The position numbers and the translations under genes are program-made. A model generated the notes under the pieces. That model had not been told where the DNA came from, made no database searches, and saw only the letters and a program-made list of their open reading frames with translations. This document shows, one piece after another, positions 29,646 to 39,925 of a DNA stretch of 64,000 nt. Each line of letters opens with the position of its first letter. Position 1 is the first letter of the stretch. The stretch comes from Candidatus Bathyarchaeia archaeon (GTDB lineage: Archaea; Thermoproteota; Bathyarchaeia; Bathyarchaeales; Bathycorpusculaceae), in assembly GCA_049515895.1 (NCBI GenBank), contig JBEKTQ010000013.1, positions 1 to 64,000 of the forward strand. The letters run 5' to 3'.

Positions 29646-30277
29646 ATTTTGTCATTGATAAGGCTTCGAAGATAAAGAGTTTGGTAAAATTCTCTTGACG
29701 AGGGTTAGTCAAGGTTTCTTGACTAAGAATTGGTCTATTTCTAGCATTTTTTGAAAAACAAAGTGCCATTATTACATGATGTGGATGAGTTTTTTGAAGA
29801 GAGCTACAAGATGCGAAAGATTAATGACATTAGCGAAGAACCCTTCTTCTATGTCTTTGTAAAGTTTGTTGAAAGCATTAATTATGATACTGGAAAGATT
29901 AAACTAAATTGGAGAGCAGGCGTGAACTTACAATAAGCCTTTTCCAGCTATAGCCGTTGAATATAGACCCGCTCTAATTTAAACCAAAATCATAAAGAAA
30001 AGCTTGTTAAATTGGGGTTTGGATTGGTGCAACTGTCATCTAGAAACATCTAAAAATCTCTAAAAAGGTTAATGAGGGAATGATTGAACATGCTGCTAAC
30101 CCCTATCTTTTAGATTTATCTGAACGGTCTAAACACCCATTACTTCCACTTGCAGGTTGCGGATTCCTTTCTCAATCAAAAGCAGGCTTAGCCTGCGGAT
30201 AGCGCACCTTAGGGGGTAGAAGAGCATGCCTTTCACTTTAGAATCTGGCAATATTCAACTGTGTTCGCAAGCGACAT

Positions 30278-31294
30278 TTAAGCACCGGAGCTTAACCACC
30301 CTCTCTGCTTGAAAATCAGCGTAAGGGTCACTGCCACCGTAACCATTATCGCAATCATAATGTAGAACCCACTCGGACTTGCGGGATCTGGGATTAGGCC
30401 TTGCTTGAAGTTTGTCCCGTAGATTCCAGCAATCAAAGTCAGCGGTAGAAAAATGGCTGAGATTATCGTGAGAACCCTGATTATATTGTTAGTGGTTATG
30501 TTTTGAACGTTAACCAAGATGTCACGGATGTTGCTCATTTCTTCCCTGTGGGCATCGACAACCTCCACCAATTGGATGGTTCTGTCGTAGAGATCAGCGA
30601 AACGCGGAAGGTTCACTCCTTGCACCAGCGCAAATTCCCCTCTTGTTATTCTTCCCATAATCTCACGAAGGGGACTCAAACTCTGTCTAAGAGCCACCAG
30701 TCTTTCTCTTACCTGAATGGTTTGCAACCCAATACTGCTTCCGGCTATCCTTGACCTTTGTCTGAATAATCCCAAGGCTTCCCGGCTTAATGTTTCAATC
30801 CTTTCGAAAACCAGGTCTGAAACCGGATAATATTCGCTCGTAACCAAATCCAGGAAAATATATAGCATGATATCAGTTGAGGGCACTAGAGAGAGCGAGA
30901 AATAGCCGTGAGTGTCTATTTTTTTGTAAACAGCGCAAGTCAGATCTGAGTAGCCCTTATGCACTGTTATTAGCCATCTTGTACAAACAAGCATCGCCAA
31001 GCGTTCCATTTTCCCCTCAGAAACAAAACTTTCTCGATTTGGGAAATTAAGAAGGCAGAACATCCGATCTTCGTGCTCGTCGATTCTTGAGCGCACCCCT
31101 TCATCTGTAAGTTCTTGAAGGTTGTGTTTATCTATGCTAAAATAGTCCTCTAGTTCTTTAATTTCGGACTCAGTTGGGTCTTGGGCGTCTACCCATAGGA
31201 CCTCAGTTTTGTTAACTTCTTCAGGCAAAGCCTCTAAATTATCCGATTGCCACCTGCCTTCTTCGTGTTGCTTAAGTAAAGTTATTGTTAGCAG
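30278..31294 (-). CDS. corA: CorA-family Mg2+/Co2+ transporter (possible CTG start; TTG at 31228 is the alternative)
   Basis: LWVD..DPTE, LTIISAIFLPLTLIAGIYGTNF (GxN variant), C-terminal FKQRGWL. Confidence 0.88.
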   Translation of the reverse strand: MLTITLLKQHEEGRWQSDNLEALPEEVNKTEVLWVDAQDPTESEIKELEDYFSIDKHNLQELTDEGVRSRIDEHEDRMFCLLNFPNRESFVSEGKMERLAMLVCTRWLITVHKGYSDLTCAVYKKIDTHGYFSLSLVPSTDIMLYIFLDLVTSEYYPVSDLVFERIETLSREALGLFRQRSRIAGSSIGLQTIQVRERLVALRQSLSPLREIMGRITRGEFALVQGVNLPRFADLYDRTIQLVEVVDAHREEMSNIRDILVNVQNITTNNIIRVLTIISAIFLPLTLIAGIYGTNFKQGLIPDPASPSGFYIMIAIMVTVAVTLTLIFKQRGWLSSGA

Positions 31295-31526
31295 CCGCTA
31301 TCCTCCAAGTAAGCTAATAATAATCCTCCTTTGTAAACCTAGCCGTCTTTTGTGGATGCAGCCGTTGTTAATCTGAATCCCATCTCGCTGGATACACCAA
31401 AGACCATTTCCCTTTTTCGTTGGCGCAGTACGTATTTCATGTTCTGATATATTGTAGCCATGAGAATTGAAGTTATATCGGGGTTAAAGACTTAATTTTA
31501 GCAAAACAGTTTCAGCTCTCAAGAGC

Positions 31527-31772
31527 GTGACGCAAGATTTGGCGGGCCTCTCCAAAAACCAAAAAAGAATCTTGGAATTGCTAAACATAAAACCTGACAT
31601 GACAACCAAGGAAATTGCAGAGATGATTTTTGGCAAAATTGTAGAGTATAAATCACAAGAATATGTTTCAGTCCACCGCAGCCTAATTTCATTGGAAAAA
31701 CAAGGTTACATCAAGAGAGTACAGATTCAACTTCGATGGCGATGTGCAAACCAAGAAGAGCTTGCACGATGA
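31527..31772 (+). CDS. Small winged-helix DNA-binding protein
   Basis: LSKNQKRILELL...MTTKEIAE...LISLEKQGYIKR. Confidence 0.75.
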   Translation: MTQDLAGLSKNQKRILELLNIKPDMTTKEIAEMIFGKIVEYKSQEYVSVHRSLISLEKQGYIKRVQIQLRWRCANQEELAR

Positions 31773-31825
31773 CTATTTTACCAAAGTCACGGCAGAGTGG
31801 AAATGTCAAGCCGCAAGATATTATT

Positions 31826-32077
31826 CTACTCTTTCTTGTCCAAGGTAAAATGCGAGTAAACTATTCGTTTAATAGCTCTTTCAGGCAGAAATATGGTTGT
31901 GTCTTCTATTTCAGAAGAGCCAGTTTCCCCCATACTTTTTGAAATAATTTCGTCTGGGTCAAATTTCACAAAGGAGCCAACAATCTCAATGTTTTTTGTT
32001 ATGTACTTCACGCCATCTAGTTCAGGTGTGGTTTGAATCTGATACCAATTAGCTTTCCATTTTCTCTCCTTAGACAA
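31826..32077 (-). CDS. Small hypothetical protein
   Basis: 83 aa ORF with AGGTGA SD upstream. Confidence 0.5.
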   Translation of the reverse strand: MSKERKWKANWYQIQTTPELDGVKYITKNIEIVGSFVKFDPDEIISKSMGETGSSEIEDTTIFLPERAIKRIVYSHFTLDKKE

Positions 32078-32219
32078 AAGGATTCACCTGATAAGTTATC
32101 AGGCATCAGAAATTATAAGCTTGCGCTTGGTCAAATCACCGATCAGCATACTTATTAAAAATCCATGGACTGATTCCAAAAAGCCTTGAAGCCCATCCGG
32201 AAATCTTAATGAGGATGAA

Positions 32220-32522
32220 CTATTGACCAAGATTGACGGTGTCAACTCTGTAATGTTCCACGTCAGGCTGCCTTTCAAGGAAAGCCATAACCTTCTCAAC
32301 AGCCGAAGAGAATATTTCTTTAGAACCTACAAATGACTCATCATCTTCCCACATTGTTAGGAATGTGGCAACGTTGTCTTGCTCACATGAAAACATTGAA
32401 ACAAAACCTCTAAATCCTTTTGCGTTTCGTGTTTGTTTATTTAGTATAAGGTCTAACTCTGAAAAGCCTTCTTCGCGTTTCTCGTTCTTGAAGTAGAACT
32501 TTGATAATCTGGCTACAACCAT
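32220..32522 (-). CDS. Antibiotic biosynthesis monooxygenase (ABM) domain protein
   Basis: AKGFRG ... LTMWEDDES ferredoxin-like ABM pattern. Confidence 0.75.
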   Translation of the reverse strand: MVVARLSKFYFKNEKREEGFSELDLILNKQTRNAKGFRGFVSMFSCEQDNVATFLTMWEDDESFVGSKEIFSSAVEKVMAFLERQPDVEHYRVDTVNLGQ

Positions 32523-32787
32523 TTGAAAACACCTAATTATTTAATGATTAGCCGCAAACATATATGTTATATTCCAAACTGATTGGTGCTTTTAATTAAA
32601 ACCACGTTTCCCCACTCAGTTTACGCAAAAAAATCCTGTCTTGCTCAAAGTTTGGGCCAAACAATTATTTAATCTATCTATACTTTTTATTGAACCTGCT
32701 CTCGGATTTAGGAACTCCAAGCTTTCCTTTTTTGTTTCTCAGGAAACTGATTGCTTTTAGGAAAGGTAAACAACTCTAAGAATATTA

Positions 32788-33069
32788 CTAGTATTCTCTT
32801 GTCCACCAGTGCCATTGGTTTCTTCCCCAGATAAGCCACATCAAGCCTATCACAAGTGCGGTTATGAATAGAGTGGCAATGAGGACAACAATGTCTTGAA
32901 AAAGATTGTATCCTTTCGACCAGAACAAGGCAAAAAATAGGATGAGTATGAGCCCGACAAGAATACCAACTATGGAGACAATAATTGGGACGAGAGGAAA
33001 ACCTGACCGGTGCTTTTTTATATTCCAACTTTTTTCGTTTTCAGCTTGTCCTGAGTAATAGTTCAACAT
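32788..33069 (-). CDS. Small two-TM membrane protein
   Basis: Two hydrophobic helices separated by YNLFQDI. Confidence 0.6.
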   Translation of the reverse strand: MLNYYSGQAENEKSWNIKKHRSGFPLVPIIVSIVGILVGLILILFFALFWSKGYNLFQDIVVLIATLFITALVIGLMWLIWGRNQWHWWTREY

Positions 33070-33418
33070 AGTAATAGTCTATTTACGATGTTTTGAATAT
33101 TCATGATTGACGGTCATTGACGGTCATGCATCAAAACCACTTTCAAAGGTCTAAGCTGTTCTTAGAAGGAGTTTCTATCGCGTTGCTTTATGAAACATTC
33201 AAATGCCGTTCGTCTTTTAATGAAGACTTATCTGAACCACGTGATGCTTGTTGGGCAAGATGATAGTTAATAGCTCAGGTACCGTCCCCAAATGCTATAT
33301 ACAAACAGAAATTAAACATTTCTAAATTTTGATATGTCTTTTATTACCCTTCCCATCTGAGGAAGCTACACTTAAATAGTATATTGAAAACTGAAAAGTG
33401 CAGTAAGAGTTGTGAAGT

Positions 33419-33495
33419 GCCGTCGTGGCTCAGCCCGGTAGAGCGGCTGGCTGTTAACCAGTCGGTCAAAGGTCCGAATCCTTTCGACGGCGCCA
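33419..33495 (+). tRNA. tRNA-Asn(GTT), intronless, CCA encoded
   Basis: Acceptor gccgtcg/cgacggc, D-arm gctc/gagc, anticodon arm gctgg-ctGTTaa-ccagt, T-arm aaagg-tccgaat-ccttt. Confidence 0.95.
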
Positions 33496-33619
33496 CCTCA
33501 CAGTTATATCTACATTTATACTGAAATCTTAACATCTCCATTGCTACTATATTTTAGTCCCTTTATTTTCTAACAAAAACAATCGAAAAAATTGGAAAGA
33601 CACGGAAATTCTGTCAAAA

Positions 33620-33922
33620 CTACTTCTTTAGCTCTACAACTAAAAGATCAATATCTGAATTGCCGGCGTTAGTCGCTTCCTGGTTTTGTTCCTTAAGAAA
33701 AACTACCGATCCCTGCTTTAAGTCAAGTTCCTGAGTGTTTCCTTCAGAAGTAAGTTTTAGACGTCCCCCTTTCAAAACATAAACTACATGTTCAGGGTGA
33801 TGATGCATCTTCGCCATGTCGCCTGGTTTAAAAATTACTTCGAGAACTCTTACCCGGTCATTTTCATTAATAAACTTGTAAACGTTGGAAGCGACTTTCA
33901 TAGGGTCCATAGAATTACCCAT
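33620..33922 (-). CDS. Cupin domain protein
   Basis: ENDRVRVLEV..KPG..MHHHP ... VVELK. Confidence 0.85.
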   Translation of the reverse strand: MGNSMDPMKVASNVYKFINENDRVRVLEVIFKPGDMAKMHHHPEHVVYVLKGGRLKLTSEGNTQELDLKQGSVVFLKEQNQEATNAGNSDIDLLVVELKK

Positions 33923-34183
33923 CTTCGTCAAGAATTTCACCTCCTTCTCAGTCTGAAAAGCATTGATATCATTCGCAAACGATAACATGAGCCGTTGTGT
34001 CTAACCTTTCGCAATCACAAGAAAGGAGTCAGCGTTTCCTTAGATTGCTAACTGGTTCTTCAGATTGGGGTAAATGGACCAAGTTTCACTTTGCGTTAAC
34101 CTTGAAAGGTGAACTTTGAGTCTGTAGTTTGGCTTCATACAGGATATATATTGATTTTACTATTTTCATTTGAAGGTTTGCTC

Positions 34184-34651
34184 ATGACAGATAAGGCAAG
34201 AATACTCTTAATAGACGATGACAAAAACATCCGTCAAACATTGGAAATTGTTCTTCAAGAAGAAGGCTACATTGTTGACACGGCTGAGACTGGGAAAGAA
34301 GCTGTTGAAAAGACTTTTGCTAATTTCTATAACATTGCGATCGTGGATTGGCGATTGCCCGACATTGACGGAACAATACTTATTACACAACTGAAAGAAA
34401 CAACGCCGAAAATGGCAAAAATAATGCTCACAGGCTACCCGTCTATGAACAACGCGATAGAGGCAGTCAACCAGCACGCCGACGCTTTCCTGGTAAAACC
34501 AGTCGCCGTTGAAGAACTGCTGAAGAAAATCCGTGAACTCCTCATCCTGCAACAAGAAAACAGGGAGTTTGCTGAAACAAAAATAGTATCCTTTATCGAA
34601 ACTAGAACTCAACAAATCTTGCAAGAAGACGGCATGCGACCTGAAAAATAG
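34184..34651 (+). CDS. Stand-alone response regulator receiver protein
   Basis: ILLIDDD, DWRLPDIDG, LTGY, FLVKP. Confidence 0.9.
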   Translation: MTDKARILLIDDDKNIRQTLEIVLQEEGYIVDTAETGKEAVEKTFANFYNIAIVDWRLPDIDGTILITQLKETTPKMAKIMLTGYPSMNNAIEAVNQHADAFLVKPVAVEELLKKIRELLILQQENREFAETKIVSFIETRTQQILQEDGMRPEK

Positions 34652-34734
34652 AATAAAGAAAAGTTAACAAATTAGCAATCCTTTTCTATCACTTTAAAAT
34701 CAGTTGCCGAATTTTTTCTAAATTAAACCTTGAG

Positions 34735-34998
34735 CTAGTCTCTGCATTTGAGACCCTTATGAGCCTGCAAGACAATTGATGTGACCGTGCCCTTTACTCC
34801 ATGAATTTTCATGATCTTGTTTTTTAAGATATCTCGGAACTGTTCAATGTCGGAAGCTGATATAAGCGCGACTATGTCAAACTCTCCAGTCACCTCGTGA
34901 AGCTCTTCAACGTCCTCCATTCTAGAGAGAGCCTCGACGACTTCGTCTATTAGTTGTGATTCAACAAAAATATCAACGAAAGCGTGAAGATGCGGCAA
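34735..34998 (-). CDS. Stand-alone Lrp/AsnC ligand-binding (RAM) domain protein
   Basis: EVTGEFDIV ... KIMKIHGVKGTVTSIVL; no HTH. Confidence 0.88.
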   Translation of the reverse strand: MPHLHAFVDIFVESQLIDEVVEALSRMEDVEELHEVTGEFDIVALISASDIEQFRDILKNKIMKIHGVKGTVTSIVLQAHKGLKCRD

Positions 34999-35052
34999 CT
35001 AACTCACCTTTTATTGGCTCAATCAATCTGTAATCAGCCACTCTATATGATT

Positions 35053-36330
35053 TTATTCGAAGAATATATGTTTAAGGTTCATAACATCTCTGTATTGGAC
35101 TACGCCAACTATTTTTCCATCTGGGTCAACTATTGGCAGCGCTCTGAAGCTGTATCTAGCGAAGAGCAGCGAAGCGTCTTTAAGCGTGCTTGTCGTTTTT
35201 AAGAAAATAAAATTTCGCTGCATTATGTCTTCAAGCTTTGTCGTAGCCTTTAGCGGCGCTTTCAACAGCTCTTTTATGTCGATGACCCCCAATAATTTTC
35301 CTTCAGCGTTGATAACGTAAAGGTACATAACTTCATCTTTGTCCTCAGCATCTTTCGGGTAATCCTCTTGCGCCTTCATCACAGTTTCGTTGGGTGGATA
35401 GCTTAGAAATTTTTGCGTGGCAAAATTGATAACGTTTTCATTGTGTTGTCCAAGAATAGCTTGAATCTTAGCTACATTATTTTTGACCATTGATTTCATT
35501 ATTGCTTCGGCTTCTGGGACGGGCAATACTGAAAGTATGTCGGCGGCTTGACCAGGCGTCATGACGTTGAGAAGTTGGGCAACCTTTTTCTTTTCTAACG
35601 AAGCTATTAATGCCCTTTGAACAGTAGGATTTATTTCTTCTAGAGTGTCTGAAGCTCTCTCCTCAGTCAGTCCGTCAAAAATCTTGACCCTATGCTCATT
35701 ATCCATTTCTTCTAGAACGTCCGCCAAGTCCACGGGTCCCAACATGTCCAATTTATCTTTTAGGACTTTAAGTTTTATCTCTCCCTTAAAACTTCCAAGG
35801 TTTTCTAAAGGTTGGATGTACGTCCAAGGAACCATCTTGCTTTCTTCGACTTCCCCAACGGTCTTAGCCAAAAAACGAAGATGCATTCTTTTGTAAAGTC
35901 TTTGTTTGCTAAAGTCCACGTCGCAAACGTACAGCTTGCCGTTTTTCATTGTGAGAAGTATGTCGTAAACAACATCTATGTCGCGTTCTTCAACATCTAA
36001 GACTTTTTTGTCAAGAACATAGTCTTTAAGCAAGATCGCTTCTTCTTGGAGGTCTTTCGCGTAATCGGCCACATCACCAATGTTAACACCAACTTCTTTC
36101 TTTGAAAAACTAGTTACCTTTTCCCACTCAATAATCAATGGAGGATAACCAAAAGACCGCCCAACATACAGGTGGGTGACAACTGGGAACTTTCCACCGT
36201 TTTCTTTAACGATCAGGTCAGCAAGTTTTCCAATTTTCTTCGTGTCTTTCAGGACCCTTTTACCAATCATGTCGCTCAGGAAGAATTGTTTCTCATTTTG
36301 GGTTTCTGCATGTGCAGCCATGTCAATCAC
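35053..36330 (-). CDS. PRC-barrel / MgtE N-domain / CBS-pair cytosolic protein
   Basis: FFLSDMIG..V, VLDKKVLD, DLADVLEE, tandem CBS domains; no TM domain. Confidence 0.85.
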   Translation of the reverse strand: MIDMAAHAETQNEKQFFLSDMIGKRVLKDTKKIGKLADLIVKENGGKFPVVTHLYVGRSFGYPPLIIEWEKVTSFSKKEVGVNIGDVADYAKDLQEEAILLKDYVLDKKVLDVEERDIDVVYDILLTMKNGKLYVCDVDFSKQRLYKRMHLRFLAKTVGEVEESKMVPWTYIQPLENLGSFKGEIKLKVLKDKLDMLGPVDLADVLEEMDNEHRVKIFDGLTEERASDTLEEINPTVQRALIASLEKKKVAQLLNVMTPGQAADILSVLPVPEAEAIMKSMVKNNVAKIQAILGQHNENVINFATQKFLSYPPNETVMKAQEDYPKDAEDKDEVMYLYVINAEGKLLGVIDIKELLKAPLKATTKLEDIMQRNFIFLKTTSTLKDASLLFARYSFRALPIVDPDGKIVGVVQYRDVMNLKHIFFE

Positions 36331-36336
36331 CTAATA

Positions 36337-36510
36337 CTAATGCAATAAAGTGATGAATTTGTAAAGCAACATGGCAATCAAGAATACGAGGTAAAGTCGC
36401 AAAGCAAGTAAAGCGAATTTTACGGGTCTTGACATTTGGATTTTGGGCTTCGAGTATTTCTGGTTTATTTCTCGAATTTTGTTTATGAGGTTCTTTACAG
36501 GGTTTATCAT
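36337..36510 (-). CDS. 57-aa single-TM protein (not in ORF track)
   Basis: MINPVKNLINKIREINQKYSKPKIQMSRPVKFALLALRLYLVFLIAMLLYKFITLLH; GGTGA SD; fills the gap in the operon. Confidence 0.75.
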   Translation of the reverse strand: MINPVKNLINKIREINQKYSKPKIQMSRPVKFALLALRLYLVFLIAMLLYKFITLLH

Positions 36511-36528
36511 TTATTTCACCTATTAGCG

Positions 36529-37794
36529 TTATCCAAAGAGCCTTGGGAAGATTGTGCCCATGGCGTAGAGTGTAGATAACAAAATTATTGTTACAATTAT
36601 GATTACCGCAAGTATATTTTGCAACTTCGAATTTTTGTATTTCCCCACAACCTCTTCTTGATTTAGGAGCAGGAGTAAAAACGTGAGCGCTGCCGGAAGC
36701 AACGTCACAGCAATCACCTGAACAAACAGTGTGATTAGTATGAGCGGAGCCTTTGGAATTAAGACTATTGTTGCTGCTCCGACTAGTATTAAGACACGGA
36801 ATACGTAGAATCCTGGTGCTGCTTTAAATGGATGGTTAAGCGAGTGCGGCCACCCGAAAACCTCACCCCATGCCCAAGCACTGGCTAATGATATACATAT
36901 GGCACCAAGGAGCCCAGCGTCAAAAAGACCAATTGCAACAGCGGTGCCCACATACCTATTTATGGATAGTATTCGTAATGCACCTGTTGCTGCATCTTGT
37001 ATGTTAGCGTGAGGAAGAAGAGTGGCAAAGATAATTATGCAGAAGACGGCAACGATAATCGTGAAGAAGCTTCCGATCGCTGTGTCCACTCGGGAGAATT
37101 TAATGTCTTTTTCTTGAATGCCTTTGTCTACTACAGAACTCTGTTGGAAGAAGATCATCCAAGGAGCTATTGTTGTGCCAATATTAGCCATAATGAAGAA
37201 CATAACATTGCTAGTGAGTCCATATGGAAAGCTTGGAATAAGACCACTTAATGCAGAATGTAGAGGAACGTTGATCAAAAACGCTGCTGGGATAAATATC
37301 AGGTTGAGAACGCAAAATACAAGAACAATTTTTTCCCAGGTCCAGTAGCGTCCAGAAATAACCATTGACATGATCAAGCAGATGACCACGATGACCGTGA
37401 TTATGGACGGCACGCCAAAGATGCTCAGGGCGGCAGTCATCCCGACAAATTCCGTTACTATTGTCAAGAAGTCTGTCAACGTCAAATCAAGAAGGGAAAA
37501 CCAGCCCCAAAATGAACCAAAGGCATCAAAAATTGCCTCAGCGTGGCCACGTTTTGTTATCGCCCCAAGCCTGACAGTCATTTCTTGGCAAATGTAAGCT
37601 ACAGGTCCCAGAAGGACCTCAATCCAGATAAAGCTGAAGAGGAAAAGAGCTCCTGTCACTGTGTAGGTTGTAATACCTCCAGCGTCGTTGTCCGCAACCA
37701 TCACAATGATGCCTGGGCCAGCTATAGCCAAGAAGAGTGAGAACATTTTTGCGGATCTTCGCCAAACATAGTATAAGCGGGATAGAAGATTCAT
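36529..37794 (-). CDS. Nramp-related divalent cation (probably Mg2+) transporter
   Basis: GPGII..ADNDAGGITTY, QEMTVRLG, IGTTIAPWM..FQQS. Confidence 0.88.
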   Translation of the reverse strand: MNLLSRLYYVWRRSAKMFSLFLAIAGPGIIVMVADNDAGGITTYTVTGALFLFSFIWIEVLLGPVAYICQEMTVRLGAITKRGHAEAIFDAFGSFWGWFSLLDLTLTDFLTIVTEFVGMTAALSIFGVPSIITVIVVICLIMSMVISGRYWTWEKIVLVFCVLNLIFIPAAFLINVPLHSALSGLIPSFPYGLTSNVMFFIMANIGTTIAPWMIFFQQSSVVDKGIQEKDIKFSRVDTAIGSFFTIIVAVFCIIIFATLLPHANIQDAATGALRILSINRYVGTAVAIGLFDAGLLGAICISLASAWAWGEVFGWPHSLNHPFKAAPGFYVFRVLILVGAATIVLIPKAPLILITLFVQVIAVTLLPAALTFLLLLLNQEEVVGKYKNSKLQNILAVIIIVTIILLSTLYAMGTIFPRLFG

Positions 37795-37878
37795 AGCGTA
37801 CCCGCCCCAGAAATTTTAGCTGCCCAACAGACAGGAGGTTTTAAACGTGGGCTCAAGTATTCGCATTCGAAGTTTGGG

Positions 37879-37986
37879 CTAGACAATCTTTGGAATTGTG
37901 TTTGCTGCCAAGCCCCTTTCGTCCGATTTGAATCCGCCTCTCGATTTTATCTTTTCAAGGAAAGCGCCTTCATCGCTTATAGGCAT
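37879..37986 (-). CDS. Candidate 35-aa upstream ORF of the Nramp operon
   Basis: MPISDEGAFLEKIKSRGGFKSDERGLAANTIPKIV*; purine-rich SD-like sequence upstream. Confidence 0.35.
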   Translation of the reverse strand: MPISDEGAFLEKIKSRGGFKSDERGLAANTIPKIV

Positions 37987-38082
37987 TCCTCTAGGCGCTC
38001 CTAACATTATGACGCAGATTAAACGTTGACTTTTGTTTTGCTCCGAAAGGCTAATTACCCTTGCACACCCAAAATCGTACCC

Positions 38083-38289
38083 ATGAGAAATTGGTTGGCA
38101 GGAATCATCGCTTTTGCCGGTTTGATATTTTTCTTCTTCTTTGAAAGAAACCTTGTGGGACTTATCGTTCTGATAGTTTGCGCAGCGGCGGCGGCAATTC
38201 TGTTTTCAGAAAGGGAAATGGATGAGCGGGTAAAGAAACTAAAAGAGGAGAGGCAGGAGCGTAGAAGAAAACAAGAGAGTGATGTGTGA
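38083..38289 (+). CDS. Small two-TM protein with charged tail
   Basis: Two hydrophobic helices then an E/K/R-rich helix. Confidence 0.6.
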   Translation: MRNWLAGIIAFAGLIFFFFFERNLVGLIVLIVCAAAAAILFSEREMDERVKKLKEERQERRRKQESDV

Positions 38290-38617
38290 GAGCCTCTTTC
38301 TCGCGTAAAAACAAAAATCATGAGCAGCAGCACTTTGAGGAGCTGCTAGTGGACAACTGACGTGATTGCTGTTATACAACAACAAATCGTTTTAAGCGCT
38401 TGATTGCTTATGGATTTTACGAGTAGTCAATGAAGAAATGCTCATGGTCTGGCAGGGTAGATACCTAATCTATTGCCAACCTCATAGCAGGAATTCTTCT
38501 CTTGCCGCTACTCACTTGAAAAACAGATGGAGTTCTAAGTAAAATCAGTTGCCAACTGCGCAACTGTATAAAATTCAGTACAATAACATTGCCAAATAAA
38601 TCAGAGTTTGAATACCT

Positions 38618-39553
38618 ATGAGTTCAGAACCTGAATCACTTAAAAGTTGGGCTATGAGTTTCTGGGAGCACATCGATGAATTAGTTCGCCGACTGAAAGT
38701 GGTCCTTGTCACCCTGATAATCGCCATCGGAGTCGGGTGGATACCAACCAGTTTGGCTGGAATCACTAATCCAGTTGGCATGTATCAGCCGATGATTGCG
38801 CCTTTAATGGTGCGGCTAAAAGACGAGTTTCTTCCCAAGCAAGCGACTCTGATTGCAGGCGGGATGGCGGACACAGTATTTGCTATGGCTTACCTGTCAG
38901 TAATCATTGGGGTGTTGTTGGCTTCCCCAGTCATATTTTACGAAGTCATAGCATTCATCAAACCAGCATTGTACGATAATGAGAAGAAGGTTCTCGGCTA
39001 CTACTTGGGCTCGTTCATAGGCCTCCTGGCTTTAGGTGTAGCCATGGCTTACTTTTTTGTTATTCCCATTTCATTTCGAATTTTGATTTACTTTACAATT
39101 CAGGGGGGCGCCACGCCGTTTATCGTCATCAAGGATTTTTACAACTGGATTTATACGATTTTTGTGTTATGCGGAGTTTTCTACACTATCCCCGTCTTCA
39201 TCATTATGCTGGTGCACGTCGGAGTGCTGCCCATGAAGTACCTGAGCGGACGCAACAAACTTTTCGTTTACTTGGCTATTCTTTTGATATTTTGGGTATT
39301 TGGACCAGATCCCACGCCGGTAACAGGCGCAATTATCATGGCACCCTTCGTCGTTGTCTTCGAGATTGCATCATTTTTCGGCCGAAGAATCGAAAAGACC
39401 CGCAAAAGTAGAAAAGAAACGGAGACCTCTAGCACCTATGGAACAGCAAAAACTGGATTCATAGCTTTTCCGAAGAACGCCTGCAAATTTTGCAATGCGC
39501 CAGTTGCTCCAGGTGCAACGTTTTGTCCTGGATGTAACCGCGCAGCGAAATAA
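38618..39553 (+). CDS. tatC: Twin-arginine translocase TatC with C-terminal zinc ribbon
   Basis: MSFWEHIDELVRRL, FIKPALY..EK, PDPTPVT; C-terminal CKFC...CPGC. Confidence 0.9.
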   Translation: MSSEPESLKSWAMSFWEHIDELVRRLKVVLVTLIIAIGVGWIPTSLAGITNPVGMYQPMIAPLMVRLKDEFLPKQATLIAGGMADTVFAMAYLSVIIGVLLASPVIFYEVIAFIKPALYDNEKKVLGYYLGSFIGLLALGVAMAYFFVIPISFRILIYFTIQGGATPFIVIKDFYNWIYTIFVLCGVFYTIPVFIIMLVHVGVLPMKYLSGRNKLFVYLAILLIFWVFGPDPTPVTGAIIMAPFVVVFEIASFFGRRIEKTRKSRKETETSSTYGTAKTGFIAFPKNACKFCNAPVAPGATFCPGCNRAAK

Positions 39554-39654
39554 GACAATTCTTCAGGTCATTAATTGAAACAAAAACTGTTACTGCGACG
39601 AAGTTTAAAGTGATTAACTAAACAAAAAAGGCTTAAAACCGTGAACTATTTTTT

Positions 39655-39759
39655 CTAATTGAGAGGCTTTGTTCTCAATTCTATCCTGATTCTGTACAAT
39701 ACGAAGGCAACTGAGCCAAAGATTGCGGCTATTGAAGCTAAATCAATTATTCCAAACAT
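39655..39759 (-). CDS. 34-aa single-TM peptide A (not in ORF track)
   Basis: MFGIIDLASIAAIFGSVAFVLYRIRIELRTKPLN*; GGTGA SD; paralog at 46236. Confidence 0.75.
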   Translation of the reverse strand: MFGIIDLASIAAIFGSVAFVLYRIRIELRTKPLN

Positions 39760-39801
39760 GTTTTCACCATTTTGTTTTATAATTACTTAGTTGCCTAGAT
39801 A

Positions 39802-39841
39802 AATATAAATATACTTATGAATTGTTCATAATTTTTCATAA
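39802..39841 (-). promoter_or_regulatory. Shared-motif promoter P1
   Basis: ttatgaaaaatTATGAACAA-ttcataagtata-TTTATA (12-nt spacer). Confidence 0.75.
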
Positions 39842-39925
39842 ACTCTAAACAAGCGTCTAAAACCATACAGAAAATTTATATGCGATAACCGCAATTACTT
39901 TAATTAAAAAAGAGGTAAAAAAAAA

